Below are positions 51,852-64,000 of a DNA stretch of 64,000 nucleotides, piece by piece; position 1 is the stretch's first letter, and each line of letters opens with the position of its first letter. The position numbers were made by a program, and so were the translations under genes. The notes below the pieces were generated by a model. The model saw only the letters and a list, made by a program, of their open reading frames with translations. It was not told where the DNA came from and did not search any database. The stretch is from Eledone cirrhosa. Its lineage: Eukaryota. The stretch is from the NCBI GenBank assembly GCA_964016885.1, contig OZ024741.1, forward strand, positions 62,744,001-62,808,000. The letters are read 5' to 3'.

Positions 51852-54800
51852 TTATCTATAACAGGCAGATTGTTGTTGTTGTTGTGTGTGTGTGCATGTT
51901 CCATGTTTATACATTTGCACAGTTTCAAACCGATTCAAGTCAACGTCTGTAAGAATGTTGTAAATGGTCTAACTTAGGTCACCAACTATTTATTTCATTC
52001 AAACTCACACACAATTACGGAAATAATCGATAAAACTAAATAAATGACGCTTTACCCCTTTCACCCTTTCTTTTTCACATAAAATGCCACCTAAAAAGAG
52101 AAGTCACCTCGGTCGCCATACCGCGTCAGCGGCGGCGCAGAGGGCGATTACAGCAAACGAGTCCCCCGTGGAAACTGCTTTAAGACTTTCACAGAGCGCT
52201 TTACATTCAGCAGAATGCAGAGCTGCTGAAAGTTTTCAACAACGCACCGCACGCCTAGCCAAGATGGCTTCATACGACGCCTCGAGACGTGCTGAGATGT
52301 GCGATTCAAAGCGGGCGATACGTCATTCCAAAAAAAAAACGCTTCTACTGCTACTTCCAGGGCTTCAGAGGGCCCGGAACAAAGGTCGACTCGCCTGAAT
52401 AGAAACACTGCTGCTACTGCTGCTTCTAGGGCTTCAGAGGGCCGGGAAGAAAGGACGGCTCGACTGAATAGAAACGTTGCGGCTACTGCTGCTTCCAGGG
52501 CTTTGGAAGGTTTGGAACGGCGGACGAATCGCTTTGCTAGGAACGCTGTGGCTATGACTGCTTCCATGGCTTCTGAAGATGCAGACGGGCGCTCCATTAG
52601 GATTGCAAGGGTGGCTTCTGCTACTGCTGCGAGAGCTTCCCACGACCCACAGGAGCAACATTCTACGTTGGAGCGGAACAGTCGACGACAAGAAGCTGTC
52701 CGCGGTGTGACGAGCCCCGACAGCCCATACTGGCACCTACGGGCTTTCAAGTATGAGCCCAACGTTAACTACTCGATGCGTGCCGACATAAATATAGGGA
52801 AAATGCGCTTCAATTGCAAATTCTGCAATGCTAAAAAGTGGACTGGGGAGCCACCTGCAATGTGCTGCTTAAACGGTAAGGTCAGCTTGCCCCCTCTTGG
52901 GGAACCACCAGAGCCTTTGAAGGAACTACTTACTGGTTCTACCTCAAGGTCATCCAAATTCCTTCAACTCATCAGGAGGTACAATTGTGCGTTTCAAATG
53001 ACTTCCTTCGGGGCTAACGTTGTCAGAGAAAGTGGTTGGATGCCTACTTTCAAGGTCCAGGGGCAGGTGTACCATCTTATTGGGTCGCTCCAGCCACTAC
53101 AAAATTGCAAGCCTTCGTTCCTTCAAATTTATTTCATTTCTAGCTACAGTAGGCAAGTTGATGTGCGGTTCGGCGTTATTCCACCACCTGCAAATACTGA
53201 CGCTGACACTTTTGAAGGGGACGTGCAGATCGGTCTTCAAAACATGCTTCATGAGCACAACAGTTATACTCGCAGTTTCAAATACGCATTGGAAACAAAT
53301 CCTTCACCAAACTTCACCATTGTCATCGATGCTGACAAAAGACCTTCTGGGGAGCACGCACGCCGTTATAACGCTCCTTCGTGCAATGAAGTGGCCGTAG
53401 TTATCCATGGTGAACAGCACAATAAGCAAGGCATAGTTCTTCAAAGTCGAGACATTGGTCTTCGACGTTTTAATGAGACACATCGTTCATACGACACCCT
53501 GCAGTATCCCCTTCTTTTTGCATACGGAGAAGACGGGTACCATTTCAGCATTCCTCAGCGCAAACCAAACGTGCCCACTGTTGCGACATCTAAAACTGTT
53601 TCATGCATGGCTTTATACTCATACCGCTTCATGACGAGGCCTAACGATTTCAGCACCCTGCACAGGTCACGGGAACTGTTTCACCAGCTTGCAGTTGACA
53701 TGGCTGCAAAGATGGAGTCGGAGAGACTGTGCTTCATAAAATTGAATCAGAAGCAGCTGCGCTCAGACTCCTACATCCATTTGCGTGACGGCATCAGGAA
53801 TGACACTGACCCCCGGAACATCAGCAAAATGTGCATTCTCCCCTCAACCTATACGGGGGGGGGTACATGCACGAGCGAACACAGGACGCTATGACGTTCG
53901 CTCGTCATTATGGGCGCCCCGATTTATTCATCACGTTTACGTGTAACCCCAAGTGGGTTGAGGTTGCGCGGGAACTTATCCCAAGGCAGCAGTACTGCCA
54001 TCGGCATGATATTATTGCCAGGGCTTTCAGGCAGAAGCTGGCTAAGCTAATTGATTTAATAAAAAAAGGAAGGTTTTCGGGCCTGTTACGTGCCACATGT
54101 ATACTGTTGAGTGGCAGAGAGAGGGTTGCCACACGCGCACATTTTGGTTTAGTTGGTCACCAAAATAGATCCTACAGTTATAGATGACGTCATCGCAGCG
54201 GAAATACCGGACCCCGTTGTTGACTGGCAGCTGTACGACATTGTGAAGGCACACATGGTGCACGGTCCGTGCGGTCCCGGTTTTCAAGAGTTCTCTTCAT
54301 GCCACAAGGACCATGTGTGCACTAAACGATACGCAAAGAGGTTTGTTGAGGAGACCCAGACCGACGGCGACGGATACCCACTGTACAGACGAAGGCGGCC
54401 TGAGAACGGTGGATTCACTATGACGTTACGGGGTTATCAAGTTTATAATAGGTGGGTGGTCCCGTACTGTCCATTTCTGATGAAAACTTTCAACGCTCAT
54501 ATAAATGTGGAGTTCTGTCATTCAGTGAAGTCTATAAAGTACATATGTAAATATGTTAACAAGGGTTCCGACGCTGCCATGTTCGGCCTTCAAAACGACA
54601 ATAGCAGGGACGAGGTCTCGGAGTACTTGGCAGGTCGATATATCAGCAGTGGTGAAGCTTTTTGGCGGATATTCGAGTTTCCACTTCACCAAAGGCACCC
54701 CGCCATCATACAACTAGCGGTTCATTTGGAAAACGGCCAGTGAGCTTACTTTACTGAACAGATTGCTGCTCATTTTGCGCCAATCCAAAAGAAACAACTT

Positions 54801-57689
54801 TGACTGTTTTTTTACGCTTTGCCAACTTGACACATTTGCAAAAACACTTTCATATCCTCAGGTCCCGTCCTACTACGTGTGGTCAAACAACACTTGGGTG
54901 CGTAGGAAGTCAGGTCAGGATGTTGAAGGACATCCTGGTGTCAAGTTTAACAGTTGTCTAGGAAGAGTGTACACTGTACCTCCCAACCAGCATGAGTGTT
55001 TTCACCTGCGCCTTCTCCTCCATGAGGTTTTTGGCCCACAAAGCTTTCGAGACATAAGAACTGTTGACGGTGAATTATGTGATACTTTCCGGGAAGCCTG
55101 CTTTAGGCGTGGCCTTTTGGAGGATGATTCACAATGGGGCGCCACTATGGCAGAGGGCGTTTTGTTGAAATCTCCTAAAAGACTAAGATCGCTTTTCGCT
55201 ATTCTACTCCTATGGTGCGACTTGGGTGATCCGGCCTCTTTATGGCTTAGCTACAAAGATTACATGTCTGAAGATTTCCTGCGTCATGCTCAGTTGCTAA
55301 ACCTATCGATGGAGGTCGGGTACAGTGACCTCATTTACAACAGGGCGCTGCTTGAAATCGAAGATACTGTTCTCGATATGGGCGGTAGTGCGTTGGCTGT
55401 GTATGGCCTACCTTCAACAAACCGGGAAGGCGCAAACACTCTGTTTTCGGATTTGCTGCGTGAGACATCTTATAATGTTGACGAGCTTGCCCAGTACATA
55501 GCGGAGAATGAGCCAAAGCTCCTTCCAGAACAGAAATTCGCTTACAACTCCGTTGTTAATTCTGTCCGGGGCAAAGCTGGGGGGATTTTTTTCCTGGACG
55601 CTCCTGGGGGCACTGGGAAAACTTTTGTCACCAAATTAATATTAGCTGAGATTAGGCGAACAGAAGGCATTGCCTTAGCTGTGGCATCATCTGGAATTGC
55701 GGCTACTTTGTTGCCGGGCGGCAGGACAGCTCACTCCTATTTCAAGCTCCCGCTTGACTAAGCGAAGACTGAGACACCCATTTGCAACATCAGTAAGAGC
55801 TCCGATCAGGCAGAAGTGTTCAGACGATGCAAGCTTATCATTTGGGACGAATGCACGATGGCCCACAGAGGTGATCTTGAGGCGCTAGATAGAACTCTGA
55901 GAGACATCAAAGACTCTACGGCTCCAATGGGAGGCATAACACTTATTCTTTCAGGGGACTTCAGGCAAACGCTTCCCGTTATTCCCAAGGGGACTAGAGC
56001 TGAAGCAGTACGTGCGTGTCTTAAGTCATCCGCATTGTGGCCCCTGGTGAAGCCTCTGAACCTTCACACTAACATGCGTGCTCATATGCGAGGTGATATC
56101 ACATCAGCAGCATTTTCTCACACCCTCCTTGCACTTGGCGAAGGCAAAACGCCCGGGGATGAAAAGGGTAATATTGCCATCGACTCACTTTGTACCGTTG
56201 TTAGTACGCCTTCTGATCTCAGGGATGCAGTGTTCCAAGATCTCCAAGCAAATTATCAGAATATGGATTGGCTTGCCCAAAGAGCTATTCTGGCCCCGGG
56301 GAATAAAACTGTTAACCATATTAATGATCAAATGCTAAAACTCATTCCTGGGGATGGCTACGTATATAAGTCTATCGATAGAACTCCTGACCCCGAGGAC
56401 GTCATCAACTATCCAATAGAGGTACTAAATTCCTTTGAGCCCCCCGGATTACCCCCACACAATTTGAAACTTGGTGCCCCTATAATGCTCATTCGAAATT
56501 TGGTTCCGCCGAAACAATGCAATGGCACACGTTTGGTCGTTAAGTCCTTAGCTCCCAATCTGATTGAGGCCACGATAATCACAGGGTGCGGTGGGGGAAA
56601 GGTTGTGCTCATACCGAGGATGCATCTTTTCCCATCAGGAGCAGACCTACCTTTCACATTTCGGAGGTCCCAGTTCCCGGTCAGGCCATGTTTCGCAATT
56701 TCAATTAACAAAGCGCAGGGACAAACACTGTCTGTCCCGGGAATACATTTGGGTGAACCTTGTTTCTCTTATGGTCAGCTTTACGTTGGCTGCTCGCGTG
56801 TCGGCAGCAAGCGTGATGATTCCGCGTTCGTTCCGCAAGTAAAAACAAAAAACATTGTGTACAAGGTTTTATAGGATTACCTCGATTCCTTATTTTATAA
56901 CTTTTTTATTTTTTTATTTTTTTATTTTTTGACTTTTCGTGAGTACTTTCTAAGTAGGTTAACCTTCACTGCAGTGCACTGGACACTCCCCACCATCTAC
57001 CGTACAAAGGCTGATTCTCACGGCCTTACAAAGCTTCATTGCAACTCCGACCCTACTCAAATATCAGCTGTTGCTCCTCACCAACCCCCGTTTGGTGGGC
57101 CTCGGAGGACCGTGGACAGGTTAGTATTTCACCTCCGTACGACTCTCAAAGGGTCAACAATGCTTTAATGACGGGATTTACATTTTTAGGCGGTTCCCTG
57201 CAATTACTTCACACTTCACCTCTGCTCATCACTAATATCCTCCCTCCGTCGGCACAGCAGCAGGCTCATCTTCTACGTCCGACGTACATGATGCACCAAC
57301 CATACAATGACTCCTCTTCCTCTTTTTGGTTGTCATAATTCGATAATGTTTTAAGGCCCCTGTTTGCGGTTCCCTCAATCCACCCCCTCCCCCGTTAAAA
57401 CATGTCATGCAGAACAACTCCATCGCAGCTAAGTTGTTCGGCTGGCATCGCCTACGCGTGTGTTGCGCAAGTACTGTGAAACAATAAATTTGAACACATC
57501 TTTGCACAGAGATAATATCAATAGGCGAAACTACAATTGTCACTGCTGGCGCAGCTCCTGCTTCAGCAGTGCAGGTTTGCAATTCATTCAACCAGTGCCT
57601 GGCAGACAAAAAGGTGCTGCCATAAAATGGGTGGTGCAACCTAACTTTGGTAACTTACTGACCCCGAGCAACGCCGGGATTTAATACTA

Positions 57690-57690
<1 letters not shown>
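51852..57690 (+). mobile_element. Full-length autonomous-type Helitron (RepHel), disrupted
   Basis: Same 5' and 3' termini as units 2-3; CTAG|T at 57687-57691; RepHel coding region inside. Confidence 0.95.
52084..56874 (+). pseudogene. RepHel transposase (23-aa STPR-like repeats, CxxC, HUH Rep, Pif1-family helicase), frameshifted with stops
   Basis: Rep PDLFITFTCNPKW, VEWQ..GLPHAHIL, KYICKYVNKG; helicase DAPGGTGKTF, IIWDECTM, GDFRQTLPV, INKAQGQTL, GQLYVGCSRV. Confidence 0.95.
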
Positions 57691-57731
<41 letters not shown>

Positions 57732-57889
57732 GAAATTCGTATTTCTAAAGAAACACGGTTTTAGGAAGCCGTAGCTCTGTAAACACCGGAGCTAACGCCC
57801 TGTGGTGGTGTCCAGCAGAAGCAAGGGGGACAACCGTCTATGAATTTCAGGCTTGACTGGCCTTTATAAGGACGGTCCCTCCCACCGCT

Positions 57890-58567
<678 letters not shown>

Positions 58568-58574
58568 TATATAA

Positions 58575-58634
<60 letters not shown>

Positions 58635-58924
58635 TGGAAAGTGTGCGTCCGAACGCAAATGGTCATAATATTAGTTGATAACTTTAAATAATATTAAAAA
58701 GAATTGAGTAAAGTAAATCTGGAGACGGAAAAAATGGACTCAGGCTCCTTGAGGGACATCTCTTGTATGTACATATATATCTATCTGAATATACTATATA
58801 TGATATATGTATACATACATATATGCATACATAAATGCATGCATGCCTACATACATACAAACATACATACTTAGGAAAATACCTCCACAAGATTTGCTAG
58901 GATGGATGTACACATAAAATATTT

Positions 58925-59034
58925 TCTTCTTCTTCTTCTTCTTCTCCTTCTTCTTCTTCTTCTTCTTCTTCTTCTTCTTCTTCTTCTTCTTCTTCTTCTT
59001 CTTCTTCTTCTTCTTCTTCTTCTTCTTCTTCTTC
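58925..59034. repeat. (TTC)n microsatellite at a LINE 3' tail
   Basis: Directly visible; contiguous with the 3' end of 59035-59365. Confidence 0.95.
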
Positions 59035-59365
59035 ACCCACTTGTTCCTGGGAGAGTCGTGGGGGAAGAGTTCTCAAACATTCCTTCCAGCGGCTCCTGTC
59101 AGAAACAAGAGTCTCTAACTGCTAGTAGAATAGCGAAGCTCATGAACGTTATCCAACTATTTTGCTCGGGGTCTACCACTGGTTCTCATACCGGTTGGTT
59201 TTGCCTTTAAAATCTGTCCAACGATTCTTTCCTGAGACATTCCAACCACATGCCTATAATATCGAAGCTGTAATTTCTCAATTCGGAGAAGTAGCGGCTC
59301 AACCTGGAGGAATCAATGATCTTCAAGTTACGCACTCTATCGAGTAACATTACTACATAGACACT
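59035..59365 (-). mobile_element. Rex3/Expander-like RTE LINE 3' end, same family as 38835-39445
   Basis: Shares CATACCGGTTGGTTTTGCC.TTAAAATCTG.CCA.CGATTCTTTCCTGAGACATTC with ~38977. Confidence 0.85.
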
Positions 59366-60359
59366 TTTATAGAAAATATAAACGCAAAAATATCTTTTTG
59401 ATATATAAGATGACCATGATAATGGTTGTGATGATGATGTTGATAATAATCTTCCTCCTCCGTCTTCTCCTTATCATCATATTCAAGAATAACCTTAACT
59501 TGTCTTTATCACAGGCAACATCATAACGTATTGTTATTCACCTCTACTTTTCTGCTTAGCCAATACGTCCACAATCCCCACCCCTTGCCAACACCGTAAT
59601 CATCATCATAATAATCATCAGTTTCCTCATCATCAGTTTTACCAACTTCAGGCCACATTTTTTTCGATTCTTCTCATTCAAATTTTAACTATTCGTATAA
59701 TGATACACCATAACAATCCACGCCTCAACCACCACCATACCACCAACATCACCACCAACAACTCCATAACACCCTCCCCGCCCCCCATGCACACACACAC
59801 ACACACTACCATACCACCACCACCACCACAAACGCCACCACCACCGCAAATACCACCACCACCACCGCCACCACAAACACCACCAACACCCTAATTCCCA
59901 CTATCAGCACCATCAGTAGCAGTAACACAAGTATGGCCGAACATACGTAACCTAAGCTTTCACATCAGTAAACTTCATCTCACAAAATCCCCTCCTGCTT
60001 TTTTACAACACTGTCCCCCTCCTTCCTTCACCTAGAGACCATATCACATTCTCTTCATCGTATTTCCTTCATCAACCTCTACCTTCATATTCTTCTTCTT
60101 TCTAACCATTGCCACTATCCCCTGCAATTTCCTCGGAAACCATTGTCATTAGTAAAACTTACTGTAGCTGTGTAAGCTAAGGTGAGCACAAGTAAATATC
60201 TCAAATTGGTAAAACTCTCACACACGCACACACACAAACACGTACGAGCACACACTAACACATATACACAAGCGGACGCACATATATTCACATAACAGCG
60301 TCCCTTAACAATGTGTTAAGAAGTTTCAATTCGCTTATACACGTGTGTATATAAGTGTG

Positions 60360-60970
<611 letters not shown>

Positions 60971-61199
60971 GACATTCAACTAACAATATTCAACACACTT
61001 CATTTCCGACAAGATAGTTCATCACTCTATTTCCTATTAGTCTTCGTTGCTCGTTCCATTGGAGTATTTCCTCTCACTTTTTATCTCATCGTCTGATTCT
61101 TTCTATCGTTCTTTTATTAAAATGCTATCTATGTCTGTCTATCTAGCTATCTAACTCTCTATAAATGAAATCTAGCTGTCGTCTGTTCTACAGTGTGGA

Positions 61200-64000
61200 T
61201 GTCATTCACTTCGCACAGAAGTTTTGTTCAAATTTATTGAGGAAATTTTGTGAGTTCAAACTTAATTTTGATACAATTGTGTAGCTTGACCCTCCGTCTG
61301 AACTGTCAGGCGGTGGGTCAGCTCATCTTTACCCCTCCTAGAGGTGAAAAACCTGTTTTAAAAGATTTTGTGTAAAAAATTTCAATCGTCTAACAGAAAT
61401 GTTAAACGCAGCGAACGAAAATAGTGGTGGGGGGACAGCGGTAAGAGTTGTAAGCTCGCACGCTTTAGTCCCCCCCTTCCTTCCCAACTAACGTCATAGA
61501 GAAGGAAGGAAAAATTAAAATAAAAACAGACGAATCTGCGGAGAAAAAAAAAAAATGACGAAAACACAAATCTGGACTTGGATTCCAACAACGAAAAAAA
61601 AAAATTTGAAAAATTGCATGACAATACTAATAACACAAACAAAGACACAACAAACACAAAAATAACATTTGAAAATAACACCATATCAGGAAACAAAGCA
61701 GACGACAAGATTTCATTTGCACAGAAAACAAAGAAATCTTTGACTTATATAGCGGAAAACATTTCAGATGTGGTACGAAGGATAACGGACGCCAAACAAT
61801 ACATAAGTGAAGGAGAGAATGGTATTTTATCGGTAAAAATGCCTCAAGAATTCACGAAAGACATTGAAAGTCGAACGGTCAAGTTTCGGACCATCAACAA
61901 CAGTACAAAAAAACCTGAACAGCCTTCTCAAGCAGATATCAAAACAGTACTCACAGAAGTACTTAATGAAACCACTTTCATAAGAAAAGACAGACTGTAT
62001 GGAAGCCTTTGTCACCGATTCGTTCGAAAAATGTCACCTTTTATCCATCTTATATGGGGAAAAGAACTCAACGCTGGATGCAATGATGCCAGATGTGGAC
62101 TACTGCTGGCTCATAGCTGGCTTCATCAGGGCAAACTCTTAAACGACCTCAGGTCGCATAGCATGGATGGAGTAGCTATTTGCGAGTCCAGGATCCACAG
62201 CGAGCGACAACTGGCCCCCATCTTCGACGACTTTGAGATCTACGCATCTCTTTGTCAGCCGGGGGGTCGGGGTGGGGTTGCCGTTTTGCTGCGGAAACAC
62301 CTGGACCTCGTAACACAGACGGTACATCTGGACCCGGAGGGTCGACTGGTGGTCCTAGACGTTGACGGTAGTGAAGGTGGAGCCTTCAGGCTGGTGGCCG
62401 CATATGCCCCATCCGGGACACCGCGGCCAGACTTCTTCAAACGTCTAGAGACTTTTCTGGGAACGTCCCGCTCCCTGCTGTTAGTGGGGGACTGGAATGG
62501 AATCCTAGATGCACGTTGGGACTATGTGGGAGCATGTCCCGATAGAGGAGGGTGTAACAGCCTCAAACAGTTAATCGGCCGATTTGACCTGGCCGATAGA
62601 TATCGACTAGATTTTCCGACTGTGCCACTGTGGACGTGGACTAATCGCAGCGGAACATCTAGATCGTACCTAGATAGGGTTCTAGTTAGAAAGAAGGATA
62701 GGGACATGTCCACAAATGTTCATGGCTGCCTATTCAGATCACAAATTAGTGACCTGCTTAGTGAACCTTGAGAAAACTCATAGACAGGGACCCAGCTACT
62801 GGAAGCTGAACTTGTCGTTACCGATATGCAAAGCTTACAGTAAACGGATTAGCACTTTAGTTAAGCAGCACTTGACGGGGGCCATTGTCAACAACAGATG
62901 GTGGTACTCTCTCAAGAGGGCAGTTAGATTAGACTCGATAGGTTTTAGTAAAGAATTAGTGTTAGATAGAAATAAGACCGAAAAGGAGCTGGTAGATAAA
63001 GTAGAAGAGGAACTTAGGAGTGGCAAGGTAGCCAGCGTGCTAGCGACGAGAACAGCCTTGGACCAGTTCTTCGACGCAAAGCATGAAGGTTGCGTTGTCA
63101 GAAGCAAAATACGTGCTCTGGGAACGAGGGAGCCAAAGCTGTTAGCTCAAGGGTCAAGGTGAACGGCTACCTCTCGGAGCCCTTCCATATCACGCGATCC
63201 ATCCGACAGGGATGCCCTCTCTCCTCCCTTCTGTACGTACTGACTCTCGAGCCACTACTGCGGAAGTTGGAGCTATTGCAGGGCATCCCTTTGGAACCGG
63301 GACTGCGAAAAGCGGCGTCGGCCTACGCCGACAACGTGACAGTAATGGTGTCGAGCACCTCGCAAATCGGGGAGATCGGCACCTTACTAGAGGAATACGA
63401 AAGGTTCACAGGAGCGAAGCTGAACCGGGACAAATCCGTCGGTTTGTAACTCGGAACGTGGAGGGGCAAACCGATGCCTTCCGATGACGTCGTCGGACGC
63501 TGGACGGAAGGACCGGTAAAGCTGCTCGGGGTCGGGTTTGGTCCTGACCTCCAGGTGGAGAAGAACTGGCACGAGGTGACGGCCAAGTTGCTTCCGCTCA
63601 CCCAGAAGTGGGCCGAGTGCAAACTATCCTTGAAAGGTCGAGCGGAGGTGGCGAACACTTTTATAGCGTCCGTCATCTACTACCGCTTGACTGTTGTGCC
63701 TTGTCCAGCCAAAACGCTCACAAAAGTGGAGCGCGCGCTCTTCCAATTCCTCTGGAAGCAGAGGGCTCCTTTGGCGAGAAGATCCATCTGCTGCCAACAC
63801 CCTTCAAACGGAGGGCTGGGGACGCCGTGGCTGACGATGCGCAAACACGCGCTCAGGCTGCGGCACCTCCACGTATTCCTCACCAGACAACCGGTGTGGG
63901 GCCCGTTCGTGAGGCGAGCCTTCCCACGACTCGTCTCGCTGGCCGAACTGCAGACCTGGGTCAAGCAAATACCGAGGAAAATGGGCGACTGGGATATCGA
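61200..64000 (+). mobile_element. Tx1/L1-clade LINE with internal deletions, runs off window end
   Basis: APE: GGVAVLL, DPEGRLVVLDV, AYAPS, VGDWNGILD, WTWTN, SYLDRVLV, YSDHKLV, GPSYWKLN; RT: VKVNG...IRQGCPLSSLLY...AYADNVTV; 5' boundary approximate. Confidence 0.9.

Overview
This is AT-rich, microsatellite-dense eukaryotic DNA made almost entirely of transposable elements; no host gene can be confidently called (one candidate 50-nt exon). The SINE families and (TA)n/(CA)n/(GA)n density suggest a cephalopod, probably an octopus (inference). Main contents: (1) two Penelope-like elements (PLEs; RT + GIY-YIG), one Neptune-type (~7555-11590, -) and one Naiad-type (~16433-20392, +, with a 185-bp inverted terminal duplication), both bordered by (TA)n; (2) several minimal type-I hammerhead ribozyme motifs and many small inverted-repeat relics between (TA)n tracts, at least one demonstrably derived from the Naiad terminus; (3) a head-to-tail Helitron array (48799-57690) ending in a full-length but disrupted RepHel copy, with identical CTAG|TTATCTATAA junctions; (4) a second non-autonomous Helitron inserted A|T into a Tx1/L1-type ORF1; (5) decayed RTE/RTE-X, Rex3-like, R4/Dong, CRE and Tx1/L1 LINE fragments, a hAT fossil and about 15 tRNA-derived SINE copies. 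All calls were made by eye; boundaries of decayed elements are approximate and family names rest on motif recognition, not searches.
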